From the NCBI GenBank assembly GCA_963809525.1, contig CAWEJY010000010.1:90180-154179 (forward strand): a stretch of DNA of 64,000 nt, in the 5' to 3' direction. The position numbers and the translations under genes were made by a program. Under the pieces are notes generated by a model, which did no database searches, was not told where the DNA came from, and was given only the letters and a program-made list of their open reading frames with translations. This document shows positions 36,263-45,417 of the stretch, piece by piece. The DNA is from an uncultured Solirubrobacteraceae bacterium. Lineage in GTDB: Bacteria; Actinomycetota; Thermoleophilia; Solirubrobacterales; Solirubrobacteraceae. Each line of letters starts with the position of its first letter. The first letter of the stretch is position 1.

Positions 36263-36541
36263 ATGACCGATCGTGTGACGCAGCCGCGCTGGTGGGAGGT
36301 CCGACCGGCGCAGAACCGCAAGCCGGTGACCTACCGCTGCCCCCTCTGCGGGCGCCACCTGGCCGCACTCAGCGACCACGCGCTGCTGCTGCCGGAGGGC
36401 CGGCCCGCGGGGCGACGCCATGCCCACACCGCGTGCGTCCTGCGGGCGCGGCGGGCGGGGCGGCTGCCGACCCGGGACGAGTGGCGGGCGACACAGCCGC
36501 GTCGCGTGGCGTGGTGGCGACGGTGGTTCGGGCTCGGGTGA
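36263..36541 (+). CDS. Small hypothetical zinc-ribbon-like protein
   Basis: Start at ATG 36263. Motif YRCPLCGRHL...HAHTAC. High GC3. Confidence 0.5.
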   Translation: MTDRVTQPRWWEVRPAQNRKPVTYRCPLCGRHLAALSDHALLLPEGRPAGRRHAHTACVLRARRAGRLPTRDEWRATQPRRVAWWRRWFGLG

Positions 36542-36546
36542 TCGCG

Positions 36547-36678
36547 TTCGCAGCTCCCGCCGGTCCTGCCTCCCCTTGGCCAGACGCCGGTGCTGGGAGA
36601 TCGAGGCGGCGCTCGGCGCGGGGCCGTGCAGGACGCGGGCTTGTGTTGGGCGCTAGGTAACTGCTTTCGCAGCTCCCG
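36547..36678 (+). repeat. Exact 13-nt direct repeat TTCGCAGCTCCCG (36547-36559 and 36666-36678) in a ~260-nt intergenic region
   Basis: Both copies are followed by (t)gccgg/ccgg. They are spaced 119 nt apart, upstream of the tocopherol-cyclase-like gene. Confidence 0.8.
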
Positions 36679-36800
36679 TGCCGGCTGCGCCGTCACGTCC
36701 GCGCGACGTCACCGCTGCGACGGCTTCGCCGCCGCAGCACCGCCCAACCTCGGGCCTCGGTCCTTGGGTTGGCCGGCTTGGCGCAGGCGCGTGCCGCGCT

Positions 36801-37862
36801 TTGCGTAGGCTCGGGCTGTTGCCGTTGCGTTCGCTGCACGCCGCGTACCGAGGGACCGGTGCGGATCTGCCGTTTGGGGATCCGCTGCCCTATCACGACG
36901 GCGTCGCGATGGAGGGGTACTACTGGCGCTTCACCGACCCCGCTCGCGGGCGTGTCGTGATCGCGCTGATCGGCGTCAACCGCGACACCCGCGGAGAGCT
37001 CTGGGCGACGCTCGGGCTCGGCGGGCACCCCAATGCCTTCCTGGAGGCCGCCGCCCACCCCGAGGCGGGCGCCGACCGGGAGCGCATGGGAGCCTTCGCC
37101 GGCGCGGCGTTCCGCGGCCGGGCCGACCGGCTCGTCGTCGATCTGGGCCCGCGGGCGCGGCTCGACGTGCGCATCGAGGCACCGGTCCCGTGGACGCGGC
37201 GCAGCTTCGGCGGCTCGAGCATCTTCCACGCGGTCCCGTCGCTGAACCAGTACTGGCATCCGTGGCTGCTCGGCGGGCGGGTGCGCGGCGCGGCGATCCT
37301 CGGCGAGGACGAGTGGGACCTCGACGGGGCGACCGTCTACTGCGAGAAGAACTGGGGCCGCGGCGGCTTCCCGCCGGCGTGGTGGTGGGGTCAGGCCCAG
37401 GGCTTCGACGAGCCGGGCGTCTGCGTCGCGTTCGCCGGTGGCATCGTGACGGCCGGGCCGCTGCGGCGGGAGCTCACCGCGATCGTCGTCCGCATGCCAG
37501 ACGGGCGGCTGATCCGGCTCGGCGACCCGGTCATCTCGCCGGTGAGCGCGACCGTGACCGACGAGACCTGGTCGATCCGCGGTCGCGGCGCCCGCTGGGG
37601 CGTCGAGATCGAGGGCGCGGCCCCGCTGGGCCGGGCGCACGTCCTGCCCGTGCCGCTCCCGGCCGAGCGCCGCAACGTTCCCGGCGCGCTGGAGCACCTC
37701 GGCGGGACGATGCGCGTCGTGGTGCGCCGCCGCGGGCGGGTCGCGTGGGCGGGCGAGTCGCCGCTGGCCGCGCTCGAGCACGGCGGCATCGATCGCGCCC
37801 GCGACGAGGCACGGCGCCGGGGCGCGGCCGAGGACGCGACGCACGCAGCGCCGCAGCGCTGA
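36801..37862 (+). CDS. Tocopherol cyclase-like family protein
   Basis: The start is uncertain; TTG 36801 was chosen (LRRLGLLPLRSLHAAYRGTGADLPFGDP). The segments MEGYYWRF, NQYWHPW and CEKNWGRGGFPPAWWWGQA resemble the tocopherol cyclase family. Confidence 0.55.
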   Translation: MRRLGLLPLRSLHAAYRGTGADLPFGDPLPYHDGVAMEGYYWRFTDPARGRVVIALIGVNRDTRGELWATLGLGGHPNAFLEAAAHPEAGADRERMGAFAGAAFRGRADRLVVDLGPRARLDVRIEAPVPWTRRSFGGSSIFHAVPSLNQYWHPWLLGGRVRGAAILGEDEWDLDGATVYCEKNWGRGGFPPAWWWGQAQGFDEPGVCVAFAGGIVTAGPLRRELTAIVVRMPDGRLIRLGDPVISPVSATVTDETWSIRGRGARWGVEIEGAAPLGRAHVLPVPLPAERRNVPGALEHLGGTMRVVVRRRGRVAWAGESPLAALEHGGIDRARDEARRRGAAEDATHAAPQR

Positions 37863-38123
37863 TCAGGCCGGCTCGGGAACGGCGGACGGCGCGACCTGCG
37901 CCGCGCGCCAGCCGGCCGGCATCGCGCAGCCGCACGTGCCGCAGGCCTTGAGGTCGTTCGTCGCCCAGCGCCCGACACCGGTGCCGAGCAGCCGCAGGCG
38001 GCGACGCTCCTCGACCGCGGACCAGATGCCGTCGACGTGACAGCGCGGGCAGCGCTGCGTGCCGCGCATCCGCCCCGCGGAAAGGCGGTCGATCTCCCAC
38101 TGCACCAGGCTGAGTCGCGTCAT
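37863..38123 (-). CDS. Small hypothetical zinc-ribbon protein
   Basis: Start at ATG 38123 (MTRLSLVQWE). Contains CPRC...CGTCGC. It is the 3' part of a longer artefactual ORF. Confidence 0.45.
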   Translation of the reverse strand: MTRLSLVQWEIDRLSAGRMRGTQRCPRCHVDGIWSAVEERRRLRLLGTGVGRWATNDLKACGTCGCAMPAGWRAAQVAPSAVPEPA

Positions 38124-38233
38124 AGCGGTCTTCCTTCGGTCGTCAATCGCTCGGGCTTGAGCTTCGACGCCAAGGGTCAGCGACTCGTGAACGACATGTG
38201 TGGATCGCGTGACGATCCTGGAACGACGCGGCC

Positions 38234-38851
38234 CTACTCGTCGTCGCGCGGGGTCGGCGCGGTGCCGAACACCCGGTCCCACCAGGGGGCGCTGACGCCG
38301 TAGCCGCGCTCGTGGTCCTGGAAGTGATGACGCATGTGCAGCTCGCGCAGCTTGCGCCCGATCGGGCCCTTCGGCCGCCGGTGGTGCACGTAGTAGTGCG
38401 TCATGTCGTACGCCAGGTAGCCCGCGAAGAATCCCGCCAGCAGTGCGCAGGCCTGGGCGAACGGCAGCAGCGCCTGGAAGAGGAACACGAAGATGAGGCC
38501 CAGCGGGATCGAAGCCGACGGCGGCATCACGAGCCGCATCGGGTCGTTCGGGTGATCGTGATGCACCCCGTGGATCATCCAGTGGATCCGGCGCCCGACG
38601 GGATGCTCCGGCTCGAAGTGGAAGACGAGGCGATGCAGCCAGTACTCGGTCAGCGTCCAGGTGAGATAGCCCACCAGCAGCCATCCGAGGAACTCCGGGA
38701 TCGCGATGTCGCGCAGCGCGTAGGCCGAGAAGACCAGGATCACCGGAACGAAGATCAGCGGCACGACGCTGACGTGGACGCGGGTGATCCGGTCCAGCCA
38801 CGATGCGCGGAACATCGGCGGTGACGCCTTCAGATACTCGTTCCGGGGCAT
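38234..38851 (-). CDS. Fatty acid hydroxylase / sterol desaturase superfamily membrane protein
   Basis: Start set at ATG 38851. Histidine boxes HRLVFH, HGVHHDH, HYYVHH/HMRHHF. Confidence 0.8.
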   Translation of the reverse strand: MPRNEYLKASPPMFRASWLDRITRVHVSVVPLIFVPVILVFSAYALRDIAIPEFLGWLLVGYLTWTLTEYWLHRLVFHFEPEHPVGRRIHWMIHGVHHDHPNDPMRLVMPPSASIPLGLIFVFLFQALLPFAQACALLAGFFAGYLAYDMTHYYVHHRRPKGPIGRKLRELHMRHHFQDHERGYGVSAPWWDRVFGTAPTPRDDE

Positions 38852-38947
38852 CGCCCCGGGATCGAGCGGCTCAGGTGCCTCGAGAAAGCTCACGACATGT
38901 ATGGGATAGCACACTCGCCAGGCGGGGAAAAGCGTGCCCGCTGCGTT

Positions 38948-39973
38948 CTAGTGAATGATCACCGTCGTGCCCACGGGCACTCGCGGGTAGAGATCCTCGA
39001 CATCGGCGACGTGCATGCGGATGCAGCCGTGCGACGCGGCGCTCCCGATCGACCAGTCCTCGCCGGTCCCGTGGATGCCGACGCCGTTCGCGATGCCCAT
39101 CCAGCGGGCCTTCAGCGGATTCGCCGCCGTGCCGCCGGCGACGGTCGTCCCGCCCAGCTCACCGGCCCAGGGACTGTTGGGGACCGACCACACCGGATTC
39201 ACCTGCTTGTCCTGAATGTGGAAGTGCCCCTCGGGTGTCGGGTAGGCGGGCTGCCCGACGGCGACCTGGTAGCTCTTGCTGAGCTTCAGCCGCTTGAAGA
39301 GGCGCAGTGTGAAGGTCTTCTTCTCGACGGTGATGATCGTGCCGTAGGTGCGCAGGATGTCGTCGGCGTTGATCGCCGGGTGGACGGTCGTGACGCGCTG
39401 TGCGAGCGCGTGCGGCGCGCTCGCGTCGCTGAGGGCCGCGTCGACCTTCGCGGCGAGGGCCACCTGGTCGACGGTGAAGCCCGGGCGCGCGCGGCGCAGG
39501 TGCTGGTGGTGGATCCCGAGTTCGATCGAGGCGTTGCGCGCGGCGCGCGAGGCGCCCGCGGCGACCTGCGCGGCGAAGGCCCTCACGGCGAGCCTCGAGT
39601 GCCTCAGCGGGACGGGGATCAGGGTGTCAGCGGCGGCGCCGCCGCCACCGGGGGGAACGGGCCCGGGCGTGGCCGCGAGCGCGGCGGTCGCGATGGCGCG
39701 GGCGTTCCAGCTGAGCTTCGCGCTCTTCGCATCGAGCGCGAAGCGCCGGCCGGCGACGTGCACGACAACGGGACGCCCGGCGACGGCGCGCAGCTTCGCG
39801 TCGAGCTTCGCGATCGCCTGGTCGAGCGTCAGGCCCGAGAGGTCGATGCCGGCCGCCGAGACGGTCGGCGCGATCCGCGGCGCATCCTGCGCGACGGCGG
39901 TGGACGCGGGCAGGACGGCGAGCGTGAGGAGGCCGGCGACGGCGAGCCGGCGGACACAGCGAGAGGCGTTCAT
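38948..39973 (-). CDS. L,D-transpeptidase (YkuD domain), secreted
   Basis: Start set at ATG 39973. Signal peptide present. Active-site motif SHGCIRM. Confidence 0.85.
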   Translation of the reverse strand: MNASRCVRRLAVAGLLTLAVLPASTAVAQDAPRIAPTVSAAGIDLSGLTLDQAIAKLDAKLRAVAGRPVVVHVAGRRFALDAKSAKLSWNARAIATAALAATPGPVPPGGGGAAADTLIPVPLRHSRLAVRAFAAQVAAGASRAARNASIELGIHHQHLRRARPGFTVDQVALAAKVDAALSDASAPHALAQRVTTVHPAINADDILRTYGTIITVEKKTFTLRLFKRLKLSKSYQVAVGQPAYPTPEGHFHIQDKQVNPVWSVPNSPWAGELGGTTVAGGTAANPLKARWMGIANGVGIHGTGEDWSIGSAASHGCIRMHVADVEDLYPRVPVGTTVIIH

Positions 39974-40096
39974 GCGACGCACGAGGGTAGCCCTGGGGTC
40001 TGAGCGCCACGCCGGTCGCAATCGATGTTGCGCCGCGGTGCCGGCCCGCCACCGGCGACCGGTCCGACCACCCTCCCAGCCGGCCCCGCGGCCGCT

Positions 40097-40114
40097 GGCG
40101 CCTCGCAAGGCGCC
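40097..40114 (-). terminator. Hairpin GGCGCC-6 nt-GGCGCC about 30 nt downstream of the PhaC-like gene stop
   Basis: ggcgcctcgcaaggcgcc. No U-tract. Confidence 0.35.
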
Positions 40115-40142
40115 GCACCCGCGCGCGCCCAGCAGCGAAGCC

Positions 40143-41243
40143 CTACGCCACCACCCGCAGCCGTGGCCGCGCCCGCTCGCCCGTCGCAGCGAAGAACTCG
40201 TCGACCCACGTCCACGTCGTCTTCGCCGCGCTGCGGCCCGTCAGCACGCCGAGGTGCCCGCCGGGCGCAGTCTCGAGGCGCACCTCCGGGGCGTTCACCA
40301 GCAGCTTTCCGACGTGATGGACGGCGGCGCGCGGTGCGAGCACATCGGTCGTGCCGGCGACGGCCATGACCGGGACGCGCACGTCCGCCAGGCGGATCTC
40401 GCCATCGCCCTCGGCGAGTTCGAGCGTGCCGTCGGCGAGGTCGTTCACGCGGAAGAAGCGGTGGTAGAGCTGGCCCATCGTGCGCCCGGGGTAGGCGTGC
40501 ATGTGCGCCATGAAGTCATCGACCGCCTCGATCTGCGCGAGGAACTCGCGGTCGTCGAGATGGGTCGCGATCGCGATCGGCTTGGTCAGGTACTTGTCGA
40601 TCGACGTCAGCTGGAAGGCCCAGCGCACCAGCGGCGCGGGCGCCCCGCCGAGCGTGCGGTACAGCGCGGTGCCCAGGAAGCCGTTGGTGACATTGCTGGC
40701 TGCGCGGATCGGCGCGGCGAGCCGCACCCGCGTGAAGTCGAACGGCGCTGCAACGGTCGCCACCGAGGCCACCGGCAACGTCGGATCGGCCGCCGCCGCA
40801 AGCAGCGACATGATGCCGCCCAGGCACCAGCCGAGCAGCTGCACCGGCCGCCCGCCGGCGTCCTCGCTGACCGTCCGGATCGCGTTCGGCAGCACGTCGC
40901 GGACCCAGAACTCGAGGCCGAGGTCACGGTCGGAGAACGCGATCGAGCCATACTCGACGAGGTAGGTCGGATGACCCATCGCGATGAAGTGCTCGGCCAG
41001 CGAGCAGCCGCGACGCAGGTCGAAGCTGATCGTCGGCGCCGCGAGCGGCGGGACGAGCAGCACCGGCAGGTCGTGCTGGGGAGCGTCGTGGCTGGGGAGG
41101 TAGCGGTAGACGATCCGCTTGGGCGCCTCGTCGATGATCACCGCCGGCGTGCGACGCAGATCCGCGACGCCGCCGCGGAAGATCATGTCGAAGGTGTTCG
41201 CCGCTGCGGCGACCACGCTGTCGGGGGTGGGAACGAGGGACAC
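40143..41243 (-). CDS. Alpha/beta hydrolase resembling class III poly(3-hydroxyalkanoate) synthase (PhaC-like)
   Basis: 366 aa. Lipase-box-like GWCLGG with Cys in the nucleophile position. Candidate Asp (GTTDVLAP) and His (GGHLGV). Confidence 0.6.
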   Translation of the reverse strand: MSLVPTPDSVVAAAANTFDMIFRGGVADLRRTPAVIIDEAPKRIVYRYLPSHDAPQHDLPVLLVPPLAAPTISFDLRRGCSLAEHFIAMGHPTYLVEYGSIAFSDRDLGLEFWVRDVLPNAIRTVSEDAGGRPVQLLGWCLGGIMSLLAAAADPTLPVASVATVAAPFDFTRVRLAAPIRAASNVTNGFLGTALYRTLGGAPAPLVRWAFQLTSIDKYLTKPIAIATHLDDREFLAQIEAVDDFMAHMHAYPGRTMGQLYHRFFRVNDLADGTLELAEGDGEIRLADVRVPVMAVAGTTDVLAPRAAVHHVGKLLVNAPEVRLETAPGGHLGVLTGRSAAKTTWTWVDEFFAATGERARPRLRVVA

Positions 41244-41249
41244 TGCGAT

Positions 41250-42098
41250 TCAGTCTACGAACGCGAGCAGGAGGTCGCAGAACTCGTCCGGCGCCTCGAG
41301 CTGTGGGCAGTGCCCGCAGCCGGCCAGCTCCTCGTAGTGCGCGCGCGGGACGACGTCGACGACGAGGCGCGCGCCACTGTGGCTGACCATCCGGTCGCGG
41401 TCGCCCCAGACGAGCAGCACGGGCACGTCGATCCGGTCGAGCTGGAAGGCCGCCGGCGTCAGCTCGGGCAGCAGCCTGCGGCCCAGATCGAGGAAGCGCC
41501 GCACGCTGCGCGCGTCCGCGTGATGGCCGGTGAACATGCGCACGACATCACGCGAGGCCGCGCGCGGGCGGGCGAACGCGAGCTGCCGGTAGACCGCGCC
41601 GACCATCGTGCGGACAACCGGCTCGGGCAGCGGCACCGGCGAGCCGAGCAGGCCGCGCACCAGCAGGTCGCGCTCGATCACGGAGAACCAGCGCGGCATG
41701 TCCAGGCCGGCGGGCGCGACGGGCACGACGCCGCGCACGGGCAGGTCCGCGCGCGCCGCCATGCGCAGGGCGACGCAGCCGCCGAGCGAGTTGCCCACCA
41801 CGACGACCTCGCCGCCGCCGTCCACGGCGGCGTGCTCGATCGCGGCCGCGGCGAAGCGGTCGTACTGCGGCAGGATCGGGCCCGCGGCGAGCCCGCCGGC
41901 CTCGGCGAAGCCGGGGAGGTCGACCGCGAGCGCGCGATGCCCGGCGCGCGCGAGGCGCTCGAGCGTCAGGCGCCACGTGTCGGCCGAGTCCGCGTAGCCG
42001 TGCAGCAGCACGACGGGTGCTCCGTCGCCCTCGAGCTCGAGCGCCCGGGTGGGGTACCCGGCGAGCTCGAGCCGGTGTTCGAACAGCGGTTGTCTCAC
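41250..42098 (-). CDS. Alpha/beta fold hydrolase
   Basis: GTG 42098 (VRQPLFEHRL). HGYADS oxyanion region, nucleophile elbow GNSLGG, C-terminal GHCPQLE. Confidence 0.8.
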   Translation of the reverse strand: MRQPLFEHRLELAGYPTRALELEGDGAPVVLLHGYADSADTWRLTLERLARAGHRALAVDLPGFAEAGGLAAGPILPQYDRFAAAAIEHAAVDGGGEVVVVGNSLGGCVALRMAARADLPVRGVVPVAPAGLDMPRWFSVIERDLLVRGLLGSPVPLPEPVVRTMVGAVYRQLAFARPRAASRDVVRMFTGHHADARSVRRFLDLGRRLLPELTPAAFQLDRIDVPVLLVWGDRDRMVSHSGARLVVDVVPRAHYEELAGCGHCPQLEAPDEFCDLLLAFVD

Positions 42099-42130
42099 GG
42101 CAGCACGGGTTCTACCGCGCCGCGCGGCGG

Positions 42131-43684
42131 TCAGTGCGCCCCGGGCGGGGCGGCGAAGTCCCGCGGCCGGATGAGGATCATGGCGAGGATCGCGCTGACG
42201 AGCGCCGTGACGCCGGCGACCAGCAGGATGTCGTTGAGCGCTCCGGTGAAGGCGCTGAGCGCCGCGTGCCGGCCGGCCGAGCCGCGCGGGAACGGCCCGG
42301 CGCCGCCCGACTGGAACACCGTGTCCGGGACGCGATCGGCGATGCGCTCGACGGCCGGCCCGGCCTTCGTGAACGCGGCGTCGAGCTTCGGCGTCAGCCG
42401 CGCGGCGAAGATCGCCCCGAGCGCCGCCGTCCCCGTCGCGATGCCGACCTGGCGGAAGGTGCTGTTGATGCCCGACGCGACGCCCGCACGCCACGGCTCC
42501 ACGACGCCGACGGCGGTCGAGGCGAGCGGCGGGTTGGTCAGCCCGATCCCGATGCCCGCGATCCCGAAGCCCAGCAGCAGCTCGGTCCACGCCGAGTTCG
42601 CGTCGAGCCCGCGCATGGCGAGCAGCCCGGCGCCGACGAGCGTCAGGCCGCCGCCGATCAGCCAGCGCGTCGGCACGTGCGCGGACAGGCGACCGGAGAT
42701 CGGCGCGGCGATGAACGAGAGCACGGTGATCGACAGGAAGCGCAGGCCGGCCTCCAGCGGCGAGTAGCCCAGGCCGTTCTGGATGTACAGCGTGAGGTAG
42801 AGGAACATCGCGAACATCGAGGACGACAGGCCGAACGCGGCGATCTGGGCGCCCGTGAACGCCGGCGTGCGGAAGAGGTGCAGGTCGAGCATCGGGGCGC
42901 GGACGTTGAGCTCGATGACGATGAACGCGACGAGCATCACCGCCGCGACCGCGAGGGCCGTGACGATGATCGTGCTGCCCCAGCCCTCGGTGTTGCCGCG
43001 CACGAGCGCGAAGACGAGCGACGAGAGCCCCAGCACGAAGGTGATGAAGCCCGCGATGTCGATCCGCCCGGCGCTCGGGTTGCGCGACTCCGGAACCTTG
43101 GTCAGCGTCACGGCGATCGCCAGCGCGCCGATCGGGATGTTCACGTAGAAGATCGACTGCCACGAGATGCCCTCGACGAGGACGCCGCCGACGAGCGGGC
43201 CGATCGCCACCGCGCCGCCGGTCGTCGCGCCCCAGAGGCCGAAGGCCGTCCCACGCTCGCGGCCGCTGAAGTTCGCGGCGAGCAGCGCGAGCGAGGTGGC
43301 GAACATCGCCGCGCCGCCGATCCCCTGCAGCCCGCGGGCGAGGATCAGGAACAGCGACGTGGTGGCCAGCCCGCAGAGCGCCGAGGCGACCGTGAAGACG
43401 ACGAGCCCGGCCGTGAACACGGCGCGGCGGCCGAAGCGGTCGGCGAGCGAGCCCATCGTCAGCGTGAACGTCGCGAGCGAGAGCGCGTAGGCGTCGATCA
43501 CCCACTGCAGGTCGCCGAAGCTCGCATGCAGGTCCTTGGCGATGTCGGGCAGCGCGACGTTGACGATCGTGATGTCCAGCAGCAGCATGAACGTCGCCAC
43601 GCAGACGGCTCCGAGCGCCCACCAGCGCCGCGGATCCGCGGACGCCTGCGCGTGCTGCGCGTGTCCTGCGTGCTCGGCGCTCAC
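42131..43684 (-). CDS. MFS transporter, DHA2 (EmrB/QacA-like, 14-TMS type)
   Basis: GTG 43684 overlaps the upstream stop (GTGA). Motifs LDITIVNVALP and GSLADRFGRR. Confidence 0.85.
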   Translation of the reverse strand: MSAEHAGHAQHAQASADPRRWWALGAVCVATFMLLLDITIVNVALPDIAKDLHASFGDLQWVIDAYALSLATFTLTMGSLADRFGRRAVFTAGLVVFTVASALCGLATTSLFLILARGLQGIGGAAMFATSLALLAANFSGRERGTAFGLWGATTGGAVAIGPLVGGVLVEGISWQSIFYVNIPIGALAIAVTLTKVPESRNPSAGRIDIAGFITFVLGLSSLVFALVRGNTEGWGSTIIVTALAVAAVMLVAFIVIELNVRAPMLDLHLFRTPAFTGAQIAAFGLSSSMFAMFLYLTLYIQNGLGYSPLEAGLRFLSITVLSFIAAPISGRLSAHVPTRWLIGGGLTLVGAGLLAMRGLDANSAWTELLLGFGIAGIGIGLTNPPLASTAVGVVEPWRAGVASGINSTFRQVGIATGTAALGAIFAARLTPKLDAAFTKAGPAVERIADRVPDTVFQSGGAGPFPRGSAGRHAALSAFTGALNDILLVAGVTALVSAILAMILIRPRDFAAPPGAH

Positions 43685-44694
43685 GCCACCAGCAGCGACG
43701 CGCCGATCGCGCCGCCGTCGTCGCCGAGCTTCGTGGGGAGGACGAGCGGCGGCTCGGACGGCCGGAAGAGGTTCATGTGCATGTACTGCTCGATGCGCGG
43801 GCCGTGGCTGGCGAAGAAGCGCTCCCCCATCCCGCCGCCGATGACGACGGCCTCCACGTCGAGGAGGTTCACGGCCGAGGCGATGCCCGCCCCGATGGCG
43901 CGCAGCGCGCGCTCCATCGCGTGCAGCGCGAGCGGGTCGAAGCTCGTCACGCCGCGCTCCCAGATGCCGCTGGTGAGGCGGTCCTTCTCGTGCTTGCGCA
44001 TGAGCTTGAAGAGGGTCGTCTCGTGGCCGTCGGCGACCTTCGCGTGCACCCACGCCTCCATGAACTTGCGGCCGGCGTACGCCTCGACGCAGCCGCGGTT
44101 CCCGCAGCCGCACAGTGGGCCGCCGCGGCGCACGACGGTGTGCCCGAACTCGCCGCCGAAGCCGCGCCCGTGGAACAGCTCGCCGCCCAGGACCAGGCCT
44201 CCGCCGACGCCGGTCCCCCACCAGACGCCCAGGACGTTGTCGCGGCCGCTCGCGGCGCCGAGCACCCGCTCGCCGTCGACGGCGACGCTGACGTCGTTGC
44301 CGAGCCGCACGCGCACGCCGGCGAGCCGCTGCGAGAGCTCCGCGGCGAGCGGGTAGGGCGCGATCCAGTCGGGGAGGTTCCCGGCGTTCGCGACGGTGCC
44401 CGCCGCGTCGTCGACCGAGCCGGGCGAGCCGACCCCGACTCCCGCGAGCTGCTCGGCGGCGACGCCGGCGATGCCGAGCGCCTCGTGCATCGTCGTGGCG
44501 AGCGCCTCCGCGACCGCCGGGGGGCCGCCCTCGCGCGGCGTCTCCGCCCGGGCGCGGCCGACGACGGCGTGGGCGTCGTCGAGCACCAGCGCCTCGATCT
44601 TCGTCCCGCCGAGGTCGATGCCGCCACGCAGGCGGCGCATGTCGGCGAGCCGCGGGGCTGCGCCCTCGGCCTGCGTGCGGCGACGGATCGGCAT
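43681..44694 (-). CDS. ROK family sugar kinase (glucokinase-like)
   Basis: GIDLGGTK ATP-binding start, and the ROK zinc motif GHTVVRRGGPLCGCGNRGCVE. Confidence 0.85.
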   Translation of the reverse strand: MPIRRRTQAEGAAPRLADMRRLRGGIDLGGTKIEALVLDDAHAVVGRARAETPREGGPPAVAEALATTMHEALGIAGVAAEQLAGVGVGSPGSVDDAAGTVANAGNLPDWIAPYPLAAELSQRLAGVRVRLGNDVSVAVDGERVLGAASGRDNVLGVWWGTGVGGGLVLGGELFHGRGFGGEFGHTVVRRGGPLCGCGNRGCVEAYAGRKFMEAWVHAKVADGHETTLFKLMRKHEKDRLTSGIWERGVTSFDPLALHAMERALRAIGAGIASAVNLLDVEAVVIGGGMGERFFASHGPRIEQYMHMNLFRPSEPPLVLPTKLGDDGGAIGASLLVA

Positions 44695-44697
44695 CGG

Positions 44698-45378
44698 TCA
44701 GGCCCTTCCGTAGGCGGGGATGTGGGCGCCGCTGGTGGCCGCCGAGTCCGGCGAGCACAGGAAGGCGATCGTCGCGGCGAGCTGCGCCGGCGTGACCCAC
44801 GTCCGCGGGTCGGCGTCGGGCATCGCGGCGCGGTTGGCGGGCGTGTCGATGACCGACGGCAGGATCGCGTTCGTGCGGATGCCGTCGTCGCGGTACTCGA
44901 CGTCGAGCGCGTCCACGAGCCCGAGCACGGCGCCCTTGGCGATCGCGTAGGCCGCCCCGCCGGAGAACGGGCGCAGCGCGGCCCGCGAGGAGACGCAGAC
45001 GACGGAGCCCTCGCGGGCCGCAAGCATCGCCGGGAGCGCGGCCGCGGTGACGAGCCATGCCGGGACGAGGTTCAGGCGCAGCTGGGCCTCGAGCTCGGCG
45101 ACCGGCGTGCGGTCGAGCCGCTCGCCCGCGGCGAAGCCGCCGACGAGGTTGACGACGGCGCGCAGGTCGGCGCCCGCGACCGCCGCCACCTGTGCCGCGG
45201 CGGCCTCGTCGAAGAGGTCCGCCTGCACCAGCTCGAGCCGCTCGTGACGCTCGACGCGCTCCAGCTCGTGCTCGGCCAGCCACGGCACGACGACCCGCCA
45301 TCCGTCGTCGAGGAAGCGCCGCGTGACGGCGGCGCCGAGGCCACCGGTGCCGCCGGTGATGATCGCGGTGCGGGTCAT
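44698..45378 (-). CDS. SDR family oxidoreductase
   Basis: Start at ATG 45378 (MTRTAIITGGTGGLG). YAIAK catalytic motif. Confidence 0.8.
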   Translation of the reverse strand: MTRTAIITGGTGGLGAAVTRRFLDDGWRVVVPWLAEHELERVERHERLELVQADLFDEAAAAQVAAVAGADLRAVVNLVGGFAAGERLDRTPVAELEAQLRLNLVPAWLVTAAALPAMLAAREGSVVCVSSRAALRPFSGGAAYAIAKGAVLGLVDALDVEYRDDGIRTNAILPSVIDTPANRAAMPDADPRTWVTPAQLAATIAFLCSPDSAATSGAHIPAYGRA

Positions 45379-45417
45379 TGCGTCAGGTCCTGTCCTCGCT
45401 GATCGACTGTCAGGGAG

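Noticed and set aside
42131-45301. 1056-aa minus-strand ORF suggesting a giant fusion protein.
   Set aside because: Only the C-terminal ~517 aa (from GTG 43684) is a coherent MFS transporter. The upstream part is out of frame relative to the well-supported ROK kinase and SDR genes and reads as Arg-rich nonsense.
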